Shown here: piece after piece, positions 26,395 through 39,207 of the stretch
Position numbering within the stretch: the stretch's first letter is position 1
How the letters are laid out: every line of letters starts with the position of its first letter
Source: Lama guanicoe
Lineage: Eukaryota
Direction of reading: 5' to 3'
NCBI GenBank assembly: GCA_013239625.1
Contig: MU054212.1
Coordinates: 372,001 to 436,000, forward strand
Length of the DNA stretch: 64,000 bases
Notes under the pieces: model-generated
What the model was told of the DNA's origin: nothing
The model's input: only the letters and a program-made list of their open reading frames with translations
Database searches by the model: none
Made by a program: the position numbers and the translations under genes

Positions 26395-27558
26395 TGGATA
26401 TACATTATATAAAATTTGTATTAAACATTTTTAAGTGTACAGTTCAGTGGTATTTAATAACACTGTACAGCCATCACCAACATCTCTATAACTCTCTTCA
26501 TCCTGTAAAACTGAAATTCTGTACCCACTAAACAATAACTCTGTGGTCACTTCTTCCTCCAGCCACTGGCAACCACTATTCTGCTTTGTCTCTATGATTT
26601 TGACTACTCCAAGTACCTCATATAAGTGGAATCATACACTTGTCTTTTTGTGACAGGCTCCTCTTGCTTAGCAAAAATCTAAAGCTTCATCTATGTTGTA
26701 GCATATTATAGAATTTCCCTCCTTTTAAAGGGTGAATAATATTCCACTGTATGTGTAGACCACATTTTGCTTATCCATTCATCCATCAGTGGACATTTGG
26801 GTTGCTTCTATCTTTTAGCTTTTGTGAATAATGTTGCTATGAACATGGGTATACAAGTATCTCTTCAAGGCCCTGCTTTCAGTTCTTTTGGTTGTATATC
26901 CAGAAGTGGAATTGCTGAATGATAGGGCAATTCTATTTTTAATTTTTTGAGGAACCATCATACTGTTTTCCATAGCGGCTGCACCATTTTACTTTCCCAC
27001 CAGCAATGCACAAGTGTTCCAATTTCTCTACATTCTTACCAAAATTAGTTATTTTCTCTTCTCTCTTTCTTTCTTTGCCAGCCTAATGAATGTGAGATGG
27101 TATCTTATTGTGGTTCTGATTTTCATTTCCTTAATAATTAGTGATTTCTTTTCATATGCTTATTGACTATTTGTATATCTTTGGAGAAATGTCTGTTCGA
27201 GTCCTTTGCCTATTTTTTAATCAAATTGCTTTTTGTTGTTGAGTTGTAGAAGTTCTTTGTGTATTCTGAATATTAGTCTCTTACCAGATATATGATTTAC
27301 AAATATTTTCTGTCATTCTGAGTTGCCTCCTCAATCTGTTAATTATGTCCTTTGATGCATAGAAGTTTTTAATTTTGGTAGTCTAATTTTATTTTTCTTT
27401 TGTTGCCTGTTCTTTTGGTATTATATCCAAGAAATCATCGCCAAATTCATTGCCATTAAGCTTTTCCCTTGTGTTTTCTTATAAGAGTTCTATAGTTTTA
27501 GCTCTTTTGTTTAGGTCCTTCATCTACTTTGAGTTAAATTTTGTATATGATGTAAGGT
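26395..27558 (-). mobile_element. Old L1 (L1MA/MB-like) 3' UTR and ORF2 C-terminus
   Basis: ttttaagtgtacagttcagtgg...ccagaagtggaattgctg...ttggagaaatgtctgttc...tttgtatatgatgtaagg. Confidence 0.92.
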
Positions 27559-29028
27559 AACTGTTTATATACTTGGTTATTCTTGGCTTGTTGGCCTTTT
27601 TTCTACTGATTGATAGGAGCTGTTTATATATGAGGCAGATTGGTTGACTTCAAATATATGAAAAGGCAGGAGTTCAGATTTGTTGTTAGTGGTAAAAGAT
27701 CTGATTTTAAAGTGAACTGTACTTATGGTCATATGTCCAGGGACAAATATGAATATTTTACATTAATTCTGTTCTTCACTACACTGTACTGTTTTTCCCC
27801 CAGAAAATCTAGTGTGAAACATTGAGGAAAGATTCTGAGTTTTAGACTTGACTTGCTGTTCATTCAGTGAGTGAGTTATGAATTGTATGGTGGGAATGGT
27901 AGCAGAGAAAATAACAGAGAAGAAGACACGGTGGGGTTTTGGGGTATTGTATTAATTCTCTTTAAGAAAATATTTATACAGTATAATTATACAATGAATG
28001 ATAGCAAAAATAAGCCACATACAAGACAGTCTGTCTTGGTAACACTGATAACAACAATGTAATTAGCTACATGCACTTCTTTTAAAACTGGAAAGGAATA
28101 ATAACATCTCCCAGCCTCTGCTGTAGACCAAGCTTTGTCTTTCTTTTGGTTTATAATGCTGTGACCCCAGCATGTACGTTTACCAATAGGAACAGCTTCA
28201 AGTTTAAACTATCATAGGATCTATTTAGTATTTAAAAAAAGTTTATTTATTCCCTGGAGGTAAAGGAAATACAAATATTTTGAAGCAATTTAAATAAAAC
28301 AAGTTGTACTTGAGTTTTTATTAAACATTTGATAGAGGAGTATTAGCATCCTGCTGTCTTCAAGCATGAGGTTAAATTCTTTATCCTTCAAAAAATTACT
28401 TTCTGTTTTTTATAACTGGTTTTAAGAAGATCACTAAAATTTTATTATGTAGAGTCCTTATTTTACTCATCTTTCTACCTACTGTTTCTGTAGATAAAAA
28501 TGCTTGGCATATAGTAAGAAATTAGTAAATGGTATCTGAATTGCATAGTTTATAGCTGCATCAGTGGAACATTTTCTTAAATATCAGTTTTTGAAATTTT
28601 ACAATATATAAAAAATCAAAATTTTATTTCACTAAAACTCTGAAATACTTTACTACCCATTTACTTTACATTTTCTATTTTTAGATAATACTGTAGAAAG
28701 TTGGGAAAGGAAAAATAAATCACCATTTTACAAGAATGACATTTGTTTATTCTTTTTTAGTTTTTAAAAAAATGCATGTAGTTTTTTGTATTGTGACAAG
28801 TGTACGTACTGTTTTATATGCGACTTATTTTTTGCTGTTGTTTAGTTACTTAACCAAACTGCTTGTTTTCCTTGGCACATAATTGTCATTTTAGAATTTT
28901 TATACATGCCCATTTAAAACTGGGCCAGTTTCATTTTTTAGGTTCTTAATTTAACAAGGATAAAATGTTTGGCAGATTTCTTCTTCATGTTCATTGGTGT
29001 TTCAGGGTCTTCAGGAGACTTCTGTTTT

Positions 29029-29556
29029 AATTTTTTATTTTTATTTTTGCTAGAATATTTTTTTAATTGAAGTATATAGTCAGTTATAATGTGTCAGTTT
29101 CTAATGTACAGCATAATGTCCTAGTCATGCATATATATACATGCAATCATTTTTGTATTCTTTTTCATTAAAGGTTATTACAAGATATTGAATGTAATTC
29201 CCTATGCTATACAGAAGAAATCTGTTGTTCTATTTTTATATGTAGTGGTTATCATTTGCAAATCTCAGACTTCCAAATTTATCCCTTCCCACCCTCTTTC
29301 CCTGGTAACCATAAGATTGTTTACTATGTCTATGAGTCTGTTTCTGTTTTGTAGATGCATTCATTAGTGTCCTCTTTTTTCTTTTTTAAGATTCCACATA
29401 TGAGTGATATCATATGGTATTTTTCTTTCTCTTTCTGGCTTATTTCCCATAGAATGACGATCTCCAGGTCCATCCATGTTGCTGCAAGTGGCATTATTTT
29501 ATTCTTTTTTATGGCTGAGTAGTATTCCATTGTATAAATATACCACAACTTCTTTA
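29029..29556 (-). mobile_element. Lineage-specific L1 3' end with 16-bp TSD
   Basis: Minus peptide LWYIYTMEYYSAIKKNKIMPLAATWMDLE. TSD aggagacttct(g/a)tttt at 29013-29028 and 29557-29572. Confidence 0.93.
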
Positions 29557-30853
29557 AGGAGACTTCTATTTTGTGATGAAGAAGGATCAAGAAAAATAGT
29601 AAGAACAGTATGCCATTCATCAGATTATAAATAACAGTATGCCATTATCAGATTATTTGTGGGTCATGTAAGACCCACAAATATTACATAGTGGATAATT
29701 TTTTTTAAAATTGTATATCCCTCATGGCTATACTCTAATAACCATCACACTCCCAGGAGCATTAGTCTATATACACTGAAAAACTTTAAGGGAGAAATAC
29801 AGCAGTTGTTGATGTATTTGATTAATGTCCATTTGCTTTATGAATGGTAGATATTGAATATATGTTTGAGCTAATGAAAGACAATAACTTCTGGTATATT
29901 GTAATATAGTGATTACTTTTACCAATTTTAAAATCACTTATGGATTCTTAAAAGTATTAAATGAATGAGCACTACTTTTTTTTTGTTTAATTAGCATGTT
30001 ATTTAAAAACATTTTGGTTGGGACCAGGCAAATTTGTTGAAAACAAGACTTTCTTAACAGTCCTTTGTCAATGTGCTCCGCATAGTTCCATATAAAACTA
30101 GATCTTCTGACTCTGTGATAACATCAAAGACATGCCTGAAGGGTACTTAATTTTTTTTATGGTAGGGGATCCACTTGGAAAAACCATTATAAGAGGCTAT
30201 TTGAAAGACATCAAACATGGACTTATCAGGACTTTGCAGGTTTTGAAGTATATATAGGAATCAAAATTGACTCATTACTTTTAAACTTTCATGTCAGGTT
30301 AAAAAATATGGAAAAGAAATATTCTGAATGGTAGCACTTGAGGTATATAATTCTTACTTACATATTCAGAACAACTTAAGATGCATCTGAATTCATTTGG
30401 ATACAGGTTTTTGTTTTGTTTTGTTTTGTTTTTTGCCTTTTTAAATGTCTTTCAATATCAAGTTTATTATTAAAAAGCACTGATAATAAGATTTTTAGAA
30501 TGCCACCATTTTAATAAATGTTTTTTGTGTCCATGCTAGGTTCTGCCATTAACATCTTGTCTAGTAATAATTTTCTGCATCTGGTAAATATGGGTAATCA
30601 GTTTTGTAGAAAAATAGGCAGATTTTTTTAGGACAAAATTGGAACCCCATTGAAGAAAAGGGAAAGTATGGAGGCTCTAATATGACAGGATAAATATTTC
30701 TTGATTCAGTTTTGGATTGCTCCACTTATTTTCTCAGATGTTTCCTCAAAAATACCAAAAAATGACATTCATATTAAGACTACACAAATTAGCAACGAAA
30801 AGAATTGCATGTCATTTTGGTCTATAGCATCAGTGTCCTACTCATCATTAAGA

Positions 30854-31687
30854 ATCGCTAATCTTCAGGGAAATGCAGATCAAAACCACAGTAACATGTT
30901 ACCTCACACCTGTCAGAATGGCTGTCATCAAAAAGAACACAAATTAACAAATGTTGATGAGAATGTGGAGAAAAGGGAACCCTTGTACACTGTTGGTGGG
31001 AATGTAAATTGGTGCAGCCACTCTGGAAAAACAGTGTGGAGGTTTCTCAAAAAATTAAAAATAGAGCTAGCATATGACCCAGCAAGTCCATTCCTGGATA
31101 TATATCTGAAAAAACAAAAACTAATTTGAAATGATATGTGCACTCCAGTGTTCATAGTAGTATATTTTACAGTTGCCAAGATATAGAAGCAACCTCTGTC
31201 CATCAACAGATGGAATAAAGAAGATATGGCATACACACACACACACACACACACACACAATGGAATACTACTCAGCCATAAAAAGAATGAGTTTTTGCCA
31301 TTTGCAGCAACATGGATGGACTTGGAAGATATTATGCTAAGTGAAATACATCAGACAGAGAAAGACAAATACTGTATGATATCACTTATATGTGGAATCT
31401 AAAAAATACAACAAACTAGTGAGTATAACAAAAAAGACTCAGATATAGAGAACAATCTAGTGGTTACCAATGGGGAGAGGGAAGGGGGAAGGGCAATATA
31501 GGGTAGGAGATTAAGAGGTACAAACAATTATATATAAAATAAACTATAAGGATATATTGTACAACATGGGGAATATAGCCAATATTTTATAATAACTATA
31601 AGTGGAATATAACCTTTGAAAATTGTGAATCACCATATTGTACACCTGTGAGTTATATTGTGCATCAACAATACTTCAATAAAAAAA
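30854..31687 (+). mobile_element. L1 3' fragment in sense orientation, with internal (CA)n
   Basis: [19 protein letters not shown]...[17 protein letters not shown] is the L1 ORF2 C-terminus. Ends tacttcAATAAAaaaa. Confidence 0.94.
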
Positions 31688-32952
31688 GAATACTATCGGT
31701 AACACTCACATGTGTTAGTTTCCTATTTGCATTAAAACATAAATTGAATAAAATCCACAAAAATTAATTTACCCATTTTGAGATAATTAAATCTTAAGAG
31801 TAAACTAAGCACACCTTAAATATGGCTGTATCTCATAAAGATAGGTGTCTTTTACTTTGGAGTTGAAATCCCATTTATTAGGTAATTACAGAAATACTAA
31901 TAGTGTTTTTGGTAGACGTTTAATTATTTAAGCTATGTATAAAGCCATTATTTGTCGAGAATGGTATTATTAGGCTTACAGTTTACAGCTCAAAACCATA
32001 AACAACTTGTACAGTGACAGTACACACACCTATGGTTTGTTCTGGGTAGCACACCAAAATGAGTAAAAATTAACATCACAGTGAATTTTATTTTGTTTAT
32101 AACAAACTGAATTCTTGCCTTCTTTCTGAATGCTTACTTAAATTTGTTTCTTGTGTTAGGTGACTACGTATAAGGGCCTTTAATTGTTTCATTTCCCCCA
32201 GAATTCATACACACGTGAGTATAGGGTTAATTGTATGTAATACAGTGCTTTTTGTCGTTTGAGCACTGTTTCCTCAATAGGTATCTAAGGTTGCCAGTGT
32301 TACAATCCCAAATTCTTTTTTGAACAGACTGCTTGTTCATACAGGAGCTGCATTGTTGTACAGCCTCATTCCTTCCAATGGGTGTGGAGCAGGATTAAAG
32401 CACACTTTATAGGGGTTCTAATTGTAGATGCCTAATTGACTTGATGAATAGCAAATGCTAAAATTTAAACACACACACATACACACATAAACTTGTTTTA
32501 GGGCTGATCTGCGTGACAGGACAAATGCCTCACAGGTGTTGAATACTTACAAGATAAAAGAGTAGACTTTCCATATTTCCCGAGATTTTTCTTTTGAAGT
32601 TTATATGGATTTTCTATCCCATTGTTTCTTTTCTTGAAATGGTTCATGGCAATAATCCATTTCATCCTGGGTGCACTTTTCACTTCTAAAGGTGGGCCTC
32701 AGTTTTAGAAGTTGGCCAAGATTAAAAACAAGAAAATCTGTCAGCAAGTAAATTTTTGCACACTTTGGGAATGGTAGAAAGGAGTGAAAAACTGCTGACT
32801 CTGGCCTAGTACGGTCACAAGTTGTTTTCTTAATTCTTCAAGAATGATTTGACTCTTCACTAAGTACTTTCAAGGTCTCCAGTTTGTCTTCACTACCTGA
32901 AAAAGAAGGAAGTTTCTCTAGCTAGGAACTTGACAGATGGAAAAGATTTCTT

Positions 32953-32997
32953 TTTTTTTTTTTAACATTTTGTATTGATTTATAATCATTTTACAGT
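32953..32997 (-). mobile_element. 45-bp extremely truncated L1 tail insertion with perfect 15-bp TSD
   Basis: TSD tggaaaagatttctt at 32938-32952 and 32998-33012. The insert's reverse complement actgtaaaatgattataaatcaatacaaaatgtt(A)n matches the L1 tail at 41352. Confidence 0.9.
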
Positions 32998-33119
32998 TGG
33001 AAAAGATTTCTTAAAAATCAAATGATCACATCAGTTTTTATTTTTAACACTTAAAAATGTTTTTCCTTTATTTGGTTTTATATTTTAACGGTGTTCCAAC
33101 TCTCTTAGGGCAAATATTT

Positions 33120-33745
33120 TTTCATAAATTTTTTTTAGCTTTTTAGTTTGAACTTATTGTAGATTCACACTATAGAATATGCTCTACCCAGTTTATCCCA
33201 GTGGTAGCATCTTGTATAACTGTAGTACAGTATTACAACCAAGAAATTGATGCTGATACAATCTACCAATCTTATTTATATTCCACCAATTTCATAGGCA
33301 CTCACTTGTGTGTGTGTATGTAGTTCTGTGCAGTTTAATCACATGTATAGATTCCTGTGACTACCAAGGATTCTTCATGCTACCCTTTTTAAGTCCCCAG
33401 CCACCTTCCTCTCACCCCAAACCCTCCAGCAATGGCCACCCATGATCTGTTCTCCATCTCTACAGTTTTGTCATTTTAAGAATGTTATATAAGTGGAACC
33501 ACATAGGATGTACTTTTTGGATTGGCTTTTATTTTTACTCAACATAACTCCCTTACAGTCCATCCAAGTTGTTGCATATGTCAATACTTCATTCCTTTTT
33601 ATTGCTGTATAGTACATATGGTGTAAGGATATACCACAGTTTTGTTAATTTTTTTTAACAGTTCACTCATTGAAGGACATTGGGTTGTCTGTACTATTTT
33701 TAGCTATTATGAATAAAGCTTCTATGAACATGTAGTTACAGGTTT
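33120..33745 (-). mobile_element. Old L1 (L1MB/MC-like) 3' fragment
   Basis: agaatgttatataagtggaacc...catccaagttgttgcat...tgaataaagcttctatgaacat. Confidence 0.85.
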
Positions 33746-34654
33746 ATTCATTATATTTTTTCACTATTTTATTCATAATATTTATTCACATTGTAGGCCA
33801 TAGAATTGAGTATAAAATGTATCATATCAGTTGGATATTTCCTAGAGGTGAAATTTGAAACATAGGGCAAAAGTATAACACAAAAAAAATTCTCCAGGGC
33901 CTTTAGTTTTCCATAATATCTGGATTTCCTAGCATTAAATCATTACTATTCGGGCAATAAGAAAAGGTGACTTCCCATTTAGTATCTATATGACTTTAAC
34001 CTCATCCCTAGACAGCACCATGGAGTGAGAGGCGGTGGGGAAATGTATAGATTTTTTTTTCTAAAACTCTTATTTATCTAAATGATGTTGTTCAAAAGAG
34101 TGTCCTAAATTAAATAGATAATGAAAAATCCTGTTCTTAAAAATGACAGATGTATTAATGTTTCTACACACATTATATAGAAAGCTTTTCTAAATGTATA
34201 ACATATTAGAATCCATAGGTAAATACAAAAGACAAATAGTAAATCTGATTTTTCAGAAATTAGTTAACTAATAACCATTTGTTAGGGATTAACTGTGCCC
34301 CAAATAAAGGAAATTTTTGAATAGATATAAAATTTTAAAACTTTCAATAAAGTGTTAAGTATTCTTTGTGACTATGAGTTTCTCTATCATTTGAATTATA
34401 TTCTTAGGTTAGAATCCAAGAAGTGAGATATTGATGAAAAAGGGCCCCATTGCATATTGCTAAATTTCTTCCCGAAAGAATTATACTAATTTATATTATC
34501 TCCTTCAAAGCATGGCACTGTAGTTTTGCAACACTTTTATTAACATTAAGGTATTATAATTTTTATAATTTTGCTAAGTAATTTGTTAGGTTTAGATTTA
34601 TATTGTTGATGATGTTGGATTTATTTTCATGTTTGTTTAATGGCTATTTTTCTC

Positions 34655-34677
34655 TCTCTCTTTTTTTTTTTTTTTTT

Positions 34678-34713
<36 letters not shown>

Positions 34714-34791
34714 GTTAATGGAAGTACTGGGGATTGAACTCAAGACCTTGTGTATGTTAAGCATGCACTCTGCCACTGAGCTATACCCTCC
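34655..34791 (-). mobile_element. Camelid Vic-like SINE
   Basis: Poly-T, then gtactggggattgaactc...taagcatgcactctgccactgagctataccctccc. Confidence 0.9.
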
Positions 34792-35471
34792 CTGTTTTTC
34801 TCCTTTTAGATATTGTTTCTGAGAATGAGAAATGTCGCTGTGTTTTGTCCATATCCTTTCTTTGTAGTTTCAGTGCCCATTGGCTTACTTTCTATGCAGT
34901 AATTACCCAAGTCCCAAAGGCAGTGGTCTTATATTTTTGTGTCAGACTCAATTAAAGTTAAAAATACATATAGCACACACATATCTTGAGCTAAAAGCAC
35001 TAGTGCCCTTTCTTAAGTACTTTTTTGTAAGCAGTTGTGTTCCTAGTCCAGGACTTCCTGACACAATCTGTTTTAATCCCAGAAGCCTTGAGCCTACATA
35101 AGCACTATTGCTGTTAGCAAATACGTAGGCTGTGCCAGAACATAAACTTTCATTTATAGTGAACTTCTAATTATATGCTTGCCCATGCTATTAGAAAGGA
35201 AGTAACTCACTTTAGGTGGAGAAATTTTCATTCTATTTGGCTGTCACACAATTGACTGAAAGCAATAATGTTGCAGATATTTTTTTGTGACCTCAGGGTA
35301 GAAGTAAGGGAAATACACTTCAGACTAATCAGACCTGGCTCAGTGTTCAGAGACCAGACTCAAGTGACTTAATAGTGTAGCATTAGGCTCATAAAGAAAC
35401 TTATTAACTGCTTTAAAAGTGGTAAAGTATATAAATAAAATACTATGGGTTTTTTTCTTTTTTTTTTTCAG

Positions 35472-35514
35472 GTTTGCAAGTAAAAGTAACCAAACTGAAA
35501 AAGGAACGAATTTT
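35472..35514 (+). CDS. RBBP8: RBBP8 exon 3
   Basis: tttttcag| (G)LQVKVTKLKKERI(L) |gtaagt. 43 nt, in phase. Confidence 0.97.
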
Positions 35515-36664
35515 GTAAGTATCAGTATATATAATACTGATGTCTTATTTATAAAGTAATAGATATTGATATCCTGTTTGATCTCAGTGTTTTATTTATA
35601 TGGAAATTAGCTTTACTTAGCATGGACTCTGTATAGTTGATGGCGAGTTATTCAAAACTCTAAAGGGAAAAGAATAATAATTTTGAATACAGCCTTAGTT
35701 AATATTTGCATATATTTATATTTTAACATAATTTTTATATATGTATAATCTTTTTCCATAAAATATTTATTAAGATGGAAACTGATCTGTAAAGTCCTTA
35801 GGGATTCCCATCTGGAAAAAGCAGTTAGACAAGAAATCAATAACTGTACTGTATTTGTCAGTCAGTTCATTGTTTCAGACCTGTGTTTTGATGATCGTTG
35901 TCTCTGCACATGGTTAATGCTTCTCTTTTGCACAAATTCATTTAGAAAATGAAACATATAGAAGTGTTGACAGTTGAATATTTGTTAAATACTCCCAAAA
36001 TAGGATCAGTGAAAACTTGATGCTGCTTCTGTATTAAATACATTTTCTAGAAGTATTAGAAAATCTTTTTTTATTATTAAATGAGAAACAGCCTAATTAA
36101 CAAATTTCAGCTCTCTGTTATTTCCAAAGTTTCATGTATCTACATATGCTACCAGAAGAGTGTTTGTTGTGTAGTACGAGGCCACTCTTAGATATATTGG
36201 TTTTTCATTCAGTATCAAATGTTCAACCAGTATTTAAGAAGTACCTTCATATTGGTATCTGACATTTTGACTTAGTTGTTTTGCTCATCTCTTTTGTTGC
36301 TAGTGATCTTTCATTCTACATTTTATCAGTTTTGGCACAGTCACTTGAACATCTCCTTTTTGTGGCAGACTGGTTTGTCACTCTTATTTGATTTGATATT
36401 TTAGATCCTTGAGGGGACTGGGGAAACATGTTTGAACTAAGATATTACCCTATATTTTCAGCTTCAAGACACCATAGAAAATCCCAATTCAGTTTCTAAT
36501 AGGTTTTCATAGAATTAAAATATATGCATACTTTATATATGTGACTTTTATGAAATATAATGATGGAGGGATAAAATGTAACATAACCTTGGAAAGTAAC
36601 CAGGTAATCCACTACAAGAAAATTTTAGATATCTTTGTTTTTTCCTGACTAAAATTCTAATGGC

Positions 36665-36860
36665 AGATACCTAATAGAACTTACTGTGTGCCAGTACTGT
36701 TCTGCATGCTATATATTTGTTAGTACTTACTTAGTTCTTGCAAATTTCTTATGAGGTAGATACTAATATATCCACATTTTGAGTCACAGAGAGTTAAAGT
36801 TACTTGCACCAGGTCATGCAGTAGTGGATGTTAGCTGAGATTCAAACCTAGGCATCAGGA
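36665..36860 (-). mobile_element. MIR SINE
   Basis: acttactgtgtgccag...tatgaggtagatact...cacagagagttaaag...gagattcaaacctaggca. Confidence 0.7.
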
Positions 36861-37269
36861 TATAGGGTTAGCGTACTTGCGTTTCATGATAAGCCCTGGC
36901 TTAAAAGTAGTACCAGATAAAACTTTAAGCAACATAAAACTTAGTAAATTAGAAAGTATAAACACTTCATAATTAGAATAGAGATGATATGAGTAGAGTT
37001 ATCTGTTATTTACATTAACAAATGTAGACCAAAAAAACCTAAATGTATTTTAATAGCAGTTTTGACAACATTGAGTCAGTGGTGGCATCAGAATTCACTC
37101 CTGTGTTCCAGTGTTGTTTGATGAATGCCTAGTGCTCAGGATGATATTTCTATAGAACAAAAAAATACTGCAGAGCAAATTTTAGTATAATTTGAACTGT
37201 GATTAACAAGATATTCAACCCTCACCTTCTAAGTTGTTTGTTTTGATACAACAAATTCATGGTAGGTAA

Positions 37270-37473
<204 letters not shown>

Positions 37474-38579
37474 TGAGTCTTGTTCTTGGGTCTTTTTGAG
37501 TAAGAGGTGATTTCTCTCTTAATAGAGTATTCATTAGTTTTCATTTGTAATCAGTTCTGAGACTTAAAGTGATCTTTTTTCCCAAGCTTATGTCAACTTT
37601 GTATAAATTCTTTATGAAATTAAGGATATACTCTTACAGGTTTGTTTTTTCATTAATTACAGTGATCACATAAATTTACCCTTTAAATGATGTTTCTTTA
37701 TCCGGTGTTTGATGTAGGAAGCTTAAGGGTAGCATTGTTCTAATTCATTTGATGCTTCAATTTCATTTTTACTTCCAAGTGGGTGGAAACTGCTTCACAA
37801 TTCTGTTCCTGTCTTCCTGGTATTCTCTTTTCTCCCTGTGTATTTCTCCACTTTCAGGCATCCTAGGGATTCTTTTTACTGAATACTCCCAAGATAATGC
37901 CTGTTATTTCACCTCCACATACCAACTTTTTTCTTCCCCACACCTATGAGGTTAACACTCTACATTAGAAAAGGCTTTCAGATTTTGCTATATTCCATTG
38001 TCTGAACTGTAAATGCTATTTAGGACTTTGAACTACTTATAATAAACAATGTTTTTTGCTTTCTTTATAGTTAATATTTTTCCTTTATTATCATTTTTAT
38101 ATATGTTACAGAGGGGCTGATAGTTTGAATTTCCCACTGTGCCTTTAGTGGTAGAGTAACCTAATATTCTGCATGTATGCAAACTAAAGTTGAGTACATT
38201 TTTCTTCTACAACTACTCCTCAGTGGATGCACATTTACTTGAATAGTCAGCCTCTTGTGGAATAATAGACTGGTGTGGGATGCCTGTGTGTTCACTTGTA
38301 TGAACAGGCAAAGGATTTCAGAGCACAGTAGCTGGAGCCAGTCATTTTATTTCTCACAATAAGAGATAACACTTTCAGTGGCTGTCACACTCAAAGTCTG
38401 TATTTACTTCCAGCATTCTTTCTGTTTAGTTGATCATTAGCAGGGTGTGTAGGATCCAAAGTTAACGCACTGAAAAAAATTACAAGATAAAGTTTTCATG
38501 ATGTTTTGCTTGAATTGGCTTAATACAGTTGGCTCTCCATTTCATCCCCAAAATACAGTGTTCTTCATCTTAGCTCTTG

Positions 38580-39207
38580 TTTTTTTTCATTGAAGTATAG
38601 ATAATTTACAATGTTGTGTCAATTTCTAGTGTGCAGCATAACAGTTCACTCATACATATGCATACTTACATTCTTTTTAATTGTAGGTTACTACAAGATA
38701 TTGAATATAGTTCCCTGTGCTATACAAAAGAAACTTGTTTATCTATTTTATATATAGTAATTAGTATCTGCAAATCTTGAACTCCCAATTTATCTATTCC
38801 TCAACCTTTTCCCCTAGTGCGTAAGTTTGTTTTCTATGTCTGTGAGTCTGTTTCTGTTTTATAAATAAGTTCATTTGTGTCTTTTTTTTTTTAAATTCTA
38901 CATACAAGTGATAGCACATGGTGTGTGTGTGTGTATATATATATATTTTTTTTTCGATTCCATATATGAGTGATATCACATGGTATTTCTTTCTTCTCTC
39001 TCACATGGCTTACTTCACTTAGAATGATGATCTCCAGGTCCATCCATGTTGCCACAAATGGCATTATTTTATTCTTTTTTAAGGCTGAGTAGTATTCCAT
39101 GGTATAAATACACCACACCTTCTTTATCCAGTCATCTGTTGATTGACATTTAGATTGTTTCCATATTTTGGCTATTATAAATCATGCTGCTATGAACATT
39201 GGGGTGC
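38580..39207 (-). mobile_element. Lineage-specific L1 3' end
   Basis: Minus peptide WCIYTMEYYSALKKNKIMPFVATWMDLEIIILSE. Same family as the copies at 29029 and 63078. Confidence 0.92.

Noticed and set aside
30701..31129. 142-aa ORF
   Set aside because: Chance frame through unique sequence and a decayed, frameshifted L1 ORF2 C-terminus; not a gene.
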